A stretch of 63,981 nt of DNA, the filler included, from an uncultured bacterium (lineage in GTDB: Bacteria > Hinthialibacterota > Hinthialibacteria > Hinthialibacterales > Hinthialibacteraceae): NCBI GenBank assembly GCA_964449065.1. It is 3 parts of 3 records of this genome, joined end to end, with 100 filler letters (N's around TTAATTAATTAA, not from the genome) between each part and the next. Parts side by side here need not be neighbours in the genome. Positions count along the whole stretch, not along the records: positions 1 to 24,500 come from CAYVAZ010000028.1; positions 24,601 to 49,063 come from CAYVAZ010000029.1; 1 more part is not named here. One strand, 5' to 3'. Both the position numbers and the translations under genes were made by a program. The notes beneath the pieces are model-generated. The model ran no database searches. It was not told the DNA's origin and was given only the letters and a program-made list of their open reading frames with translations. Below are positions 19,089 to 27,991 of the stretch, piece after piece (position 1 is the first letter of the stretch; every line of letters begins with the position of its first letter).

Positions 19089-20150
19089 TTAGACTTTGGC
19101 GGGCTGAGGGGAATGCTTTGGACCAGTCAAAGCGAGGGGTTCTGGGTATCCCATGCGGAGGTTGAAACACTGTACCGCCTGCCCCGCGGCTCCTTTCAAC
19201 AGGTTGTCTTCTGCCGACAGAATGATAAATTCGCCGGTTTCTTGGTCTTGCTGCAACGAGACATCCAAAAAATTGGTGTGAATCACTGCTTGCAGGTTGG
19301 GGGATTCTCCCAAATCATACACTCTCATAAACGGTTCGTGATCATAAAGGTTATGGTATCCGTCAAGAAGTTGTGCCAGCGTGGTACTGTTAGCGGGCTT
19401 GCAGAATATGGTGCTTAAGATTCCCCGCCGAACCGGCAACACATGCGGAACAAACGAAATGGATACCGGCTGACCGGTAAATTTGGTCAAAACCGACCGG
19501 ATTTCCGGCAAATGCTGGTGTTTGCCGATTTTGTAGGCAAAGTAGTTTTGATCCATCTCCGGGTAATGAAAATGGGGTTTGGGATTTTTCCCGGCCCCGG
19601 ATATGCCCGAAGCGGAGCTCACATGAATACCGCCGGGTTCAATCAGGTTATTTTTTAAAGCGGGGTATAAGCCCAAGATGACGGATGTGGCGTAACATCC
19701 TGGACAAGAAATCAACTGCGATTCAGATAAGTTTTCACGGTTCAGTTCGGGCATACCGTAAACGGCTTGTTCGCATAGTTCTTTCGATGGGTGAGGTTCG
19801 GGATACCAGCCGATGCGGTCGTTCGGGTTTTGAAAGCGGAAATCGGCAGAGAGATCGATTACGATGCAGCCTTGGTTGAGGTAATCCCGCGCCAACTTCA
19901 TGGCAACACCGTGCGGGGTGCTGAGAAAGACAACATCCGCGCCGCAGCGGTCCGAAGAGTCTTCTTTGGATATTCTTAGATCGGATACTCCACGCAGATC
20001 CTTCCAAAACGCGTGCAGCGGAACCGATTCTTCGACACTGCTGGCGGTAGCGGCCACCAATTCCACTTCCGGATGCTGCAAAAGAATGCGGATGAGTTCG
20101 CCGCCGGTGTATCCGGTTGCACCGACAATTTTGACGTTTACGGTTGACAC
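19089..20150 (-). CDS. argC: N-acetyl-gamma-glutamyl-phosphate reductase
   Basis: GATGYTGGEL, DLSADFR, PGCYATS, SGISGAG, DNLLKGAAGQAVQ. Confidence 0.97.
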   Translation of the reverse strand: MSTVNVKIVGATGYTGGELIRILLQHPEVELVAATASSVEESVPLHAFWKDLRGVSDLRISKEDSSDRCGADVVFLSTPHGVAMKLARDYLNQGCIVIDLSADFRFQNPNDRIGWYPEPHPSKELCEQAVYGMPELNRENLSESQLISCPGCYATSVILGLYPALKNNLIEPGGIHVSSASGISGAGKNPKPHFHYPEMDQNYFAYKIGKHQHLPEIRSVLTKFTGQPVSISFVPHVLPVRRGILSTIFCKPANSTTLAQLLDGYHNLYDHEPFMRVYDLGESPNLQAVIHTNFLDVSLQQDQETGEFIILSAEDNLLKGAAGQAVQCFNLRMGYPEPLALTGPKHSPQPAKV

Positions 20151-20264
20151 GATTGCTTCCTATATCCGATAATCCGATGGGGTTCGCGAACGGCCTTGAC
20201 CCATTCTACGTGTTATTCATTGAGTGAAACTATATCTGCAAGTGTAAAGAATGTCAAAACGTGG

Positions 20265-20340
20265 CCGAGGGTGTTGTTCACTTTGATCCCTTTGCCCCGG
20301 GCTGTGATAGGCAACACCAGTGGGGTAATACCACTGGATT
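20265..20340 (+). repeat. Degenerate REP-like element related to 22525-22590
   Basis: ctttgccccgggctgtgataggcaacaccagtggggtaa resembles ctctgcccctggctatcatctgtaaccccgttggggtaa. Confidence 0.45.
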
Positions 20341-20489
20341 TAGCTGAGAGGAAGCCTCAAAATACTATCTAGTTGAAGCGAATCTGCAGTCATGATTTAA
20401 CCGCTTGCATTTGCGGGTGGGGTAGTAAAGTTAGAGAAAGCGTATTCGCCGGTAAGGGTTGCCCCTGACAAAAATTGAAGGAGAAAAAA

Positions 20490-21443
20490 ATGAAACGAAG
20501 AGAAGCCGTCCTATCAACCGGACTATTGAGCGGGGTTTTGTTGGCGCAAAGCGCACCTACCATTGCGCAAACCAAAAAACCCAGAATCGCATTGATCATG
20601 AAGGCGCTTTCCAATCCCTTCTTTCATCAGATGGAAGTGGGCGGCCGTGAAAAGGGAGAAGAACTCGGCGTGGAAATGCTGATCAATGGAATTGATAAAG
20701 AAACCGATGTCGCCCAGCAGATCACATTGGTCGAAAACGCCATCACCAAGGGTGTGGATGCTATCGTGATCGCGCCTGCCAGTTCCACGGCTCTTATTCC
20801 ACCATTGATGCGTGCAAAAGCGCAAGGCGTTTTTGTCGTAAACATCGATAATCCCCTGGATGAACAAGCAAAAAAGCAGATGAACTTTCAGTGCCCCTTT
20901 GTCGGTTCGGATAACGAAATGGGCGCGTCGCTGGCGGCACATGATTTGGTTGCGGCCATCGGCGGCGTAGGGAATGTCGCAATCCTCGAAGGTATCCCCG
21001 GCGTCACCAACGCCGAACTGCGCAAAAAGGGAGCGATGCGCATCTTTGACGCGGAAGAAAAGATCAATGTCGCCGCCTCCAAAACCGCCGAGTGGGAAAC
21101 CGAAGAAGCCTACAACGTCTTCACCAATATCCTCACATCCAATCCGGATATCAACGGCCTGTTTGCCGCCAACGACAGCATGGCGCTAGGAGCCGTTCGC
21201 GCTATCGACGCGGCCGGCAAAAGCGGGCGGATCAAGATCACTTCATATGACAACTTAGAAGCAGCCCAGTCAGCGATTAAAGAAGGGAAGATTCATTCAA
21301 CGATTGAGCAGCATCCTTATTTAATGGGAGCATACGGCGTACAAGCCGCCGTGGATCATCTAAACGGCAAGAAAGTGGAGGATGTGATTCAAACGCCTTT
21401 GGATGTTATCGACTATGGGTATTTGATGTTAAAGAAATCGTAA
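20490..21443 (+). CDS. rbsB: Ribose/sugar ABC periplasmic binding protein
   Basis: KALSNPFF, VDAIVIAP, FVGSDN, FAANDSMALGA; twin-Arg-like signal MKRREAV. Confidence 0.85.
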   Translation: MKRREAVLSTGLLSGVLLAQSAPTIAQTKKPRIALIMKALSNPFFHQMEVGGREKGEELGVEMLINGIDKETDVAQQITLVENAITKGVDAIVIAPASSTALIPPLMRAKAQGVFVVNIDNPLDEQAKKQMNFQCPFVGSDNEMGASLAAHDLVAAIGGVGNVAILEGIPGVTNAELRKKGAMRIFDAEEKINVAASKTAEWETEEAYNVFTNILTSNPDINGLFAANDSMALGAVRAIDAAGKSGRIKITSYDNLEAAQSAIKEGKIHSTIEQHPYLMGAYGVQAAVDHLNGKKVEDVIQTPLDVIDYGYLMLKKS

Positions 21444-21447
21444 GATT

Positions 21448-22344
21448 ATGATTTACGTCATCGGCAGTTCCAACACGGATATGGTGGTGAAATGCCCACA
21501 TCTCCCCAAACCGGGTGAGACGGTTTTGGGCGGCGAGTTCTTCTGCGTGCAGGGCGGCAAAGGCGCCAACCAAGCCGTCGCGGCGGCGCGTCTGGGTGGG
21601 GAAACCCGCTTTGTCTGCAAAGTCGGCAACGACTCGAACGGCATGAAATCCGTACAAGCTTATAAGCAGGATGGTATCGATTGCTCATTCATCAAAACGG
21701 AGGAAGGCGGCACATCCGGCGTGGCGTTGATCCTGGTTGACGCGCAGGGAGAAAACTCCATTGCCGTGGCTTCCGGCACCAACGCCACCTTAATGCCCGG
21801 TGATGTGGATCCGGCGCTGCAAGAAATGCAATCCGGCGATATTGTATTGATGCAGTTGGAGATTCCATTGGAGACGGTGCGGTATGCCGCAAAAGAAGCG
21901 AACGAAAAAGGCGCGGTCGTTATGCTTGATCCCGCCCCCGCCCCGGAAGAGGGACTGCCGGATGATTTGCTGAGCGCACTAAACTTCATCCTTCCCAATG
22001 AAACCGAAGCGGCGATGTTAACCCAACCGAATTTACCGCCGCAGCAAATGGCTGAAAACCTGTTCGAGCGTGGAGTACAACAGGTCATCATCACGTTAGG
22101 GAAAGACGGCTGCTTATTGCGGAATCAAGACGGTACGCAACACTTTGCAGGACATCGCGTGAACGCCGTTGACAGCACCGCCGCCGGAGACGCCTTTGCC
22201 GGGGCCTTGGCGGCATCGCTATCGCAAAAAAAGAGTCTAAATGAGGCCATTGCCTTTGCGCAGAAAGCGGCTGCGTTCTCAGTAAGCAAAGCCGGGGCAC
22301 AGCCTTCATTGCCGAGGATCGAACAATTGGATAGACACGATTAA
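21448..22344 (+). CDS. rbsK: Ribokinase
   Basis: GSSNTD, GGKGANQAVAAARLG, PNETEA, DSTAAGDAF. Confidence 0.95.
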   Translation: MIYVIGSSNTDMVVKCPHLPKPGETVLGGEFFCVQGGKGANQAVAAARLGGETRFVCKVGNDSNGMKSVQAYKQDGIDCSFIKTEEGGTSGVALILVDAQGENSIAVASGTNATLMPGDVDPALQEMQSGDIVLMQLEIPLETVRYAAKEANEKGAVVMLDPAPAPEEGLPDDLLSALNFILPNETEAAMLTQPNLPPQQMAENLFERGVQQVIITLGKDGCLLRNQDGTQHFAGHRVNAVDSTAAGDAFAGALAASLSQKKSLNEAIAFAQKAAAFSVSKAGAQPSLPRIEQLDRHD

Positions 22345-22386
22345 ATTTATTATTTGTTTGCCATGCAATGAGCACGCGTACCTATG

Positions 22387-22412
22387 CCATCTCCTTAGTC
22401 CATCTCCTTAGT
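22387..22412 (+). repeat. Tandem 13-bp duplication CCATCTCCTTAGT x2
   Basis: Seen directly. Confidence 0.85.
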
Positions 22413-22455
22413 ACTGTGTCAACGATTGATTGAAGGGTATCGATCCCCTCTACCC

Positions 22456-22773
22456 CAATGTCATTGACTTAAAGAACCTACTCATTTCTTTGACCCTTTC
22501 GGGGTCAGATTTTCTCTCAGATTTGCAGGGGCGGCGGTCCCTTTGGTTACTCTGCCCCTGGCTATCATCTGTAACCCCGTTGGGGTAAACGGCTTAACCG
22601 ATTGTTTTGTGTGATTGCCCAGGAAACGACTTCTAAACAATGGGTTGAATCATTCTAGTTTATGGTTTTCTTCGCATCTCCTCTGTCTTCCTTGCGTCGG
22701 ACATCTCCCCCAAATGCTTTGGATGAGACAAAGCGTTGTTTTTCAGGTTAATTTCCTTCAGTCAATGACATTG
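22456..22773. mobile_element. Non-autonomous MITE with IS4-like terminal inverted repeats
   Basis: CAATGTCATTGACT at 22456 and perfect inverse AGTCAATGACATTG ending 22773; no transposase; internal hairpins. Confidence 0.7.
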
Positions 22774-23432
22774 CCCCTAGCCCCCCTTATCACGGAGGGG
22801 AGAATGGATGACCAGCAGTCTTTTTTTTGATCGAGAGACTACCCGTAAGGATGGGATAACCGCGGCAGTTATTTTGATCTATTGCCCAGTTGAAGTATGC
22901 TGTTGTTCACGCGATAACCTTGGGATTGCCGCCGCCGCGCCGCATCCGGTCATTCATGGATTTCCATCAAATTTTATTGTAGCAATCTTACCATTTTTCA
23001 TTGTGTTATCTCTTGTTTGCTATTGCTAATCAGGGGCGCCCCTGGTGTTGCCGCGGTAGTGATGGGGAACGCGCGAACTTATGGATTGCCGCCAAACAAT
23101 CCATCAAACCGTCCATCATGAGTGAGACGAATGCCGCCCAATTGTTATCCGTCTCAGGCTTCCTGCAGGTTCGGCGCCAAGCACGGCTCATGAGAGGGGT
23201 GCCGCATGTTCCGGAACACGACCAATGCCACTACCGGTGTTGCTTGTGTTCCTCAAGTTCTCCTCTACTTTTAGTGGAAGGTGTGCAAAAAAGCGGGAAT
23301 AAATGCAAGTGGGTTGTTGTGTGGGGCGTCGTTCCCTTTGGGAGAACAGCATAAACACGGATACCATTTGCATTGTGGAATGTTCGCTATATGGATTCAG
23401 GCATACACGACTTTCATATGTTGTCACAATCC

Positions 23433-23509
23433 CCTCTGTGTCCACTTCCAAACTTGGAGGAGAAAAGGCTTTGCGTTTTCAGACGGATTGCCCTAAATCA
23501 ATGGCATTA
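23433..23509 (-). mobile_element. Solo end of the same MITE family
   Basis: Minus strand TAATGCCATTGATT...ACGCAAAGCCTTTTCTCCTCCAAGTTTGG...ACACAGAGG, homologous to 55316-55391. Confidence 0.65.
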
Positions 23510-24381
23510 TTACAAACTCCCCCGCGGGCGTATTCCGCTGCCTTTTTTCTCGCCGTCGCCCAATTCGGCGATGATGGTTTCCGACATGCGGGTTAATTGG
23601 GTGACGACATCCGGATGTTCATCCGCCACGTTGTGTTCTTGCCCGATATCGTTTTCCAAATCAAACAAAGCCAAACGGGTTTTGCCTTGGCTGTAGGGTT
23701 CGGGAATGCCGCCCGCGCCGCCGCGGCGGCCGTTCATGGTGCGGTAGCGGTGGGGAAAATGCAGTTTCCATTTGCCGCTGCGCATGGCTTGCAGTTCCTG
23801 CCCCCAATAGAAGTAATAGGCTTCTTGCGGAGACGTTGCCCCCGGCTTGCACCGCATGACATCAAAGATATCTTTGCCGTCGATGGTGTGATCCGGCAAT
23901 TCCGTTCCGGTCATACGGGCAATGGTTGGCATTAAGTCAATCGTCATGCAGGGTTCGCTGCACACTTCGCCGGCGGGGAGTGTTCCTGTCCAGCGCATGA
24001 GGGTGGGTTCGCGGACGCCGCCGTCCCAGGTGGTGCCTTTGCCTTCGCGCAACGGGCCTGATGTTCCCGCGTGGTCGCCATAACTCAGCCACGGACCGTT
24101 ATCGGATGTAAAGATGACCAAAGTGTTTTCATCCAAGCCGTTTTTCCGCAGCGCGTCCATCACTTGGCCAACCGACCAATCCAGTTCCATCACCACATCG
24201 CCATACAACCCCTGTTCGGATTTCCCTTTAAATTTGTCGGATACAAACAGCGGCACATGCACCATGGGATGCGCCAGATACAAAAAGAACGGCCGGTCAT
24301 GGTGGCGGTTGATGAAATTTACGGCGCGTTCGGTGCATTCTGTTGTTAAGCGGGATTGATCGGGATTGAGTTCGCTGCAAC
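23510..24381 (-). pseudogene. Arylsulfatase, C-terminal part only (interrupted)
   Basis: PFFLYLAHPMVHVP, YGDVVMELDWSVG, FTSDNGPWL, GKGTTWDGGVREP, LFDLENDIGQ; homology stops near 24375 and the CxPxR motif is absent. Confidence 0.85.
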
Positions 24382-24500
24382 AGATCCATGCTATTCCGAA
24401 GGCAAGATGGGGAGAGTGCGCTGGAAAACCGCTCTCCCCTTTGCGTTGACGGGGGCCTTCTGGACCCCGGCATCCAGCGAGGGTCCGGCCGGGGTCCACC
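24382..24500. mobile_element. Structured GC-rich terminus of a probable insertion sequence (IS110-like)
   Basis: Begins AGATCCATGC-TATTCC; stems GAAGGC/GCCTTC, GGGGAGAG/CTCTCCCC, TGGACCCCGGC/GCCGGGGTCCA; interrupts sulfatase at contig end. Confidence 0.45.
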
Positions 24501-24600
24501 NNNNNNNNNNNNNNNNNNNNNNNNNNNNNNNNNNNNNNNNNNNNTTAATTAATTAANNNNNNNNNNNNNNNNNNNNNNNNNNNNNNNNNNNNNNNNNNNN
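24501..24600. other. Artificial contig joint (N44-TTAATTAATTAA-N44)
   Basis: Six-frame stop linker within Ns. Confidence 0.97.
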
Positions 24601-25257
24601 TATCCGTGTTACGGCAGGATGCTCTTCAAAATTCAATCCAAATGGGACCTCAAGCACCCATGCTTTTTGCGCTGTTGGGCGAGGAAGGGGCTGCAAACTC
24701 ACAGGCTCTGCTCTAAAATTACATCTTTCTGCTTTCGCTATATCATAAAAATAAATGACACCGACACCTTCATTTACGGGAACCCATTCTCCATCCTCCT
24801 TCCTGCAGGTTGCAAAAAATGCTGCAACATCAAATTCATGACTGATATCAATATAACCAGTTTCTAATTCGTAGTGCTGGGCAAGTGCAATTTTGTTAAC
24901 TGTGTATCTGTTTTCTTTGGCCCAAGCGATTGCTGGATGTTTATCAAGCTCATGAGCAAACCAATGTGATTTGGCCACCCTAAGTACTATTAGAGCTTGG
25001 TCTGCAAGACCCATTTTTCCAATCATGGAAGTGTAACTGGCAAGTCCTCTTGATATAGAAGGCAAGCACGGTTCAATATGCTGATATTGTCCCCGAAACA
25101 AATGGCATGGAAATGGATAAGGTGTGTGAAAAATATCTTCACCATTAGTGCTCCATAACCATTCTGCCCCTAAAGGATGTCTCTCCCTAGAAAATCCCTT
25201 GGACATCTCAAGTAAGTTCTCTGCTCTATAAGGCTCTGCTAGTTTTGTTAGAAGCAC
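24601..25257 (-). CDS. FRG-domain protein (integron cassette 2; truncated by contig end)
   Basis: LFRGQ...PSISR...LAQHYELETGYIDISHEFDVAAFFA; starts just after attC; low GC. Confidence 0.85.
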
Positions 25258-25273
25258 GATTTATTCTCTTCAA

Positions 25274-25331
25274 GCATAACGCTGAGCTCAGCGGCGTGCG
25301 CCAGCGCGTCCGCTGGAGCGTTTGGTTGGAA
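25274..25331 (-). mobile_element. Integron attC site (58 bp)
   Basis: Minus strand TTCCAAC-CAAACGCTCCAGCGGACGCGCTGGCGCACGCCGCTGAGCTCAGC-GTTATGC; R''/L''/L'/R' arrangement. Confidence 0.88.
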
Positions 25332-25623
25332 TTGGTTTCTGATGCAAAGGCACGGTATGCAGCTCTACGCCCAACGCTCTGATTACTCTCAAAACGGTGT
25401 CATAACGCGGCTTTGCTCCTGGGGTTAAAGCCTTGTACAGGCTCTCCCGACCGAGTCCAGCTTCCTTGGCCAGCTCCGTCATTCCCCGCGCCTTTGCTAT
25501 ATCGCCAATTGATGCCAGAAATACATTTGGATCTTCATCTTCTAGCGCAGCATTGAGGTATTCTGCGATTACCTCTTCGCTATCCAGATATTCTGCGGCA
25601 TCGAATTTGGTTACCTTAGTCAT
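25288..25623 (-). CDS. Addiction-module antidote protein (HigA-like HTH)
   Basis: FDAAEYLDSEEVIAEYL...IAKARGMTELAKEAGLGRESLYKAL; stop codon lies inside attC. Confidence 0.93.
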   Translation of the reverse strand: MTKVTKFDAAEYLDSEEVIAEYLNAALEDEDPNVFLASIGDIAKARGMTELAKEAGLGRESLYKALTPGAKPRYDTVLRVIRALGVELHTVPLHQKPIPTKRSSGRAGARR

Positions 25624-25924
25624 CAGTATGTCCTCGGTATTTCTGAGCCAATTCTTGGGCTCTTTTGATGTCCTTCTTCTGCGTCGATTTGTCGCCACCA
25701 CACAGAAGAAGGTATATCGTTTCACCCTCCCTTGTGTGATACACCCTGTAACCAGGTCCGTAATGGATTCTCATCTCTGAAACACACTTCCCAACAGATT
25801 CGCAATCTCCGAAATTTCCTGCTTCGGCTGAACGGATACGGGCGATGATGCGGGCTTTTCCTATCGGATCTCGAAGTTTTTTCAGCCAGATATCAAATTC
25901 GGGTGTACGAAGGAATGTGTACAT
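25616..25924 (-). CDS. Addiction-module killer protein (RelE/HigB-like toxin)
   Basis: FDIWLKKLRD...GNFGDCESVG...SEMRIHYGPGYRVY...LLCGGDKSTQKKDI. Confidence 0.93.
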   Translation of the reverse strand: MYTFLRTPEFDIWLKKLRDPIGKARIIARIRSAEAGNFGDCESVGKCVSEMRIHYGPGYRVYHTREGETIYLLLCGGDKSTQKKDIKRAQELAQKYRGHTDD

Positions 25925-25931
25925 ATGTAAC

Positions 25932-25960
25932 AGTGTATCCGTACGGATACGTTCCGTCAA
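25932..25960 (-). promoter_or_regulatory. TA cassette internal promoter with palindromic operator
   Basis: TTGACG-17-TACACT; perfect palindrome GTATCCGTACGGATAC at 25935-25950. Confidence 0.8.
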
Positions 25961-25980
25961 GCAGGGCTATGAGCCTGACC

Positions 25981-26005
25981 AATTCCAACAAAATATCCAA
26001 TGGAT
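25981..26005 (-). mobile_element. Putative attI site / cassette 1 start
   Basis: Minus strand ATTGGATATTTT-GTTGGAATT; GTTGGAATT is the exact complement of AATTCCAAC at the attC R'' end; no attC hairpin upstream. Confidence 0.7.
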
Positions 26006-26010
26006 TCCGT

Positions 26011-26039
26011 ATTTTATGCCATATAGTCTTGACAGTCAA
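26011..26039 (-). promoter_or_regulatory. Putative Pc cassette promoter
   Basis: TTGACT-17-TAAAAT directed into attI; -35 lies in near-palindrome TCTTGACAGTCAAGA with a divergent TTGACA. Confidence 0.7.
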
Positions 26040-26116
26040 GAAAATTCGTATCGATTTTCTCTATATACTAACCGTTGTTTATTACAAATAAGATTTAAAA
26101 TGTAAATCTATTGTTT

Positions 26117-26232
26117 ATGAAAAAATTAGATCAGAAATTGACTCATACCTATTCTGAGCAATTGACGAATCATTGCGTTTCTTCGTCTGACCGAAGGGAT
26201 TTCTTCAAATGGTTTTGAGGAATTTCTTATCA
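26117..26232 (+). pseudogene. intI: 5' remnant of a long-form integron integrase
   Basis: MKKLDQKLTHTYSEQLTNHCVSSSDRRDFFKW then, after a frameshift, LRNFL; resembles the KWLRYFLDFC N-terminus of long IntIs; divergent from attI. Confidence 0.5.
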
Positions 26233-26440
26233 CCGGTTTTCTTTACGGTCGAAAAGTTCAATCATCGCGTTTCCCATGGATTGCCCGATGAGATAATACG
26301 TTTCCCAATTGCGCATCCAATGGTAGCCCTGCTTGGAAGGCGATTCTTGTTCGCTTCGCTGAAAAGCACGGGTTTCCACTCCGGCAACGTTGCCCGCAAA
26401 TTCCGGATACAAATCCGAATCGCTGAGTGCGAGTTGAGAT
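26230..26440 (-). pseudogene. C-terminal fragment of a sialate O-acetylesterase (SASA)-like protein
   Basis: PEFAGNVAGVETRAF...SPSKQGYHWMRNWETYYLIGQSMG. Confidence 0.6.
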
Positions 26441-26619
26441 AGAAAAAAAAACGATGCATTGGCGTTTCGTTTTAGTTTATCTCAGCGATTAATCTAAAAT
26501 CCAAAATGGGAATGATGTTTGCATTGACTCGAATGTAGCAAAAAAACACAATAAGATCAATAAAAATAAACAGAAATATAAAAATAAACAAAAAATATCC
26601 GGTGACTTTTCCGGATCAA

Positions 26620-26703
26620 TATGCGAAGAAGGTTGCGGTCAAGATTGTCCAACGTTTTCTCCAGTGGTATTTTGGATTCACGCACACACCGTTCCATCCA
26701 ATC
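26620..26703 (-). pseudogene. Possible IS21 istB fragment
   Basis: Minus-strand WMERCVRESKIPLEKTLDNLDRNLL resembles the IstB N-terminal RxERLLRESxLPLEKTLxxFD segment. Confidence 0.35.
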
Positions 26704-26834
26704 ACTGATCAATCTACTGGAAACGAAATACGTGATGTAGAAAACATGATTTGTGCTGCCGGATCACACGTTCAATTGGATGCGCTTGCAGTCATTCAAA
26801 ACTAACTTAGGCAACCGCAAGGAAAAAAGAAGTA

Positions 26835-26908
26835 TGGGCACAGCAGGACTCGAACCTGCGACCGACCGGTTATGAGCCGGTGGCTCTAACCAACTGAGCT
26901 ATGTGCCC
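26835..26908 (-). tRNA. tRNA with CAT anticodon, most likely tRNA-Ile2 (lysidine); CCA not encoded
   Basis: GGGCACA/TGTGCCC acceptor, ACCGG-CTCATAA-CCGGT anticodon arm, GGTTCGAGTCC; lacks initiator features. Confidence 0.92.
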
Positions 26909-27003
26909 TTGGGTTTGTAAAGATAACGTTTGCAAACAAAGTGTTTGTAGTGGTAGTGTATCCTATAATTCATACAACAACAGGATAATAATTACGGTTT
27001 TCC

Positions 27004-27314
27004 CTATTTTATTTCTCTTATGGAAAATGACCGGATTCCAATCAAATCGATCCGTACAATTCCAGAAACATCTTCGAAAATTTGATACGCAATAAACACC
27101 CGTTTCCATTCCACCGGTACAGGAAAACCGGTCACCCAGATGTTTTTATCTTCATCCCGCAAAGAACATTCATATTCGTGTTTCGGCGATGTTTTTACCA
27201 ATTCAATTCTGGATTCAATGCATTCCTTGATTCGGTTTTGCATCGAGCGAAATTTAACGAATAAATCGTTTTATTTTGCCGGTAATTATCTGTTTCAACA
27301 ATCGGAATGTTCAT
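27004..27314 (-). pseudogene. Putative toxin (RelE/ParE-like) frameshifted in an A-run near 27270
   Basis: ATG overlaps Panacea stop (ATGA); MNIPIVETDNYRQNK joins NDLFVKFRSMQNRIKECIESRIELVKTSP... if one A is added. Confidence 0.55.
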
Positions 27315-27799
27315 GCTGAATGCACTGTCGATGATGCTGGAAGTGTATGAATCCATTCATCCACTTCCTCTGGCACTTGTATCTGTGTTATGGGCTCTCT
27401 TTTTTCATAATACCGGATCATTGCTGGAATACTGATTTCTTCATCCGCGTGTTTCCAAGGATCTTCTTTGTGCGTTAGCGCGACCAATTCATCCGTTTTC
27501 ATATTCCCATAATAGGCTAATACGCGATCAACCAAATTTTTTTGCGTAACGGTTAGGTTGTCCGCATCCCCGAATTCCAAATCATCAAAATGGATGGTAA
27601 AAAACTTCTTATGCTGCAAGAAAAGTTCTTTCACAACAGGACCGTTTTCCCATGCCAATACTTTTTCAGGAAACAACGGCTCTTGGTTTAATGTGACAGA
27701 CCACGCTTGAGCATAATATACTAATTTTTGAAGTTTGAACGTTGATATACCATCTTCATTCAACAATATATATTTTGCAACATCCAATACATTCGCCAT
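27311..27799 (-). CDS. Panacea (DUF4065/SocA-like) antitoxin
   Basis: KLQKLVYYAQAW...LF...AWENGPVV...LTHKEDPW. Confidence 0.92.
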   Translation of the reverse strand: MANVLDVAKYILLNEDGISTFKLQKLVYYAQAWSVTLNQEPLFPEKVLAWENGPVVKELFLQHKKFFTIHFDDLEFGDADNLTVTQKNLVDRVLAYYGNMKTDELVALTHKEDPWKHADEEISIPAMIRYYEKREPITQIQVPEEVDEWIHTLPASSTVHSA

Positions 27800-27991
27800 G
27801 ATTTAACCTCCCAACGTAAGTTAGGAACAAACAAAAAAATTATAACGTATAAATTGGATTATATCAAAATTAAAATAAGTGAACAAGTGTTTATAGTAGA
27901 ATTTCAAAAGTTCGAATCCCTTGAGAAAAATGATGCGCTATTTAGTATGTGAAGGCAGTAGCGTCATTCAAAACTCATAAGGAAATACAAT

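Noticed and set aside
20260..20480. Possible riboswitch upstream of rbsB
   Set aside because: No known aptamer consensus; hairpins resemble a REP-like repeat
22345..23500. Possible CRISPR array or coding region in the long intergenic stretch
   Set aside because: No regularly spaced repeats; short ORFs have no recognisable motifs; partly explained by MITE/REP elements
24382..24499. N-terminal 40 aa of the 329-aa sulfatase ORF
   Set aside because: Read-through of a non-coding hairpin element; no sulfatase similarity
24545..24556. TTAATTAATTAA palindrome (also 49108-49119)
   Set aside because: Artificial contig linker; adjacency across these joints has no biological meaning
26835..26908. tRNA-fMet or elongator Met call
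   Set aside because: Paired G1-C72, no GGG/CCC anticodon stem, and overall sequence fits Ile2 better; not certain
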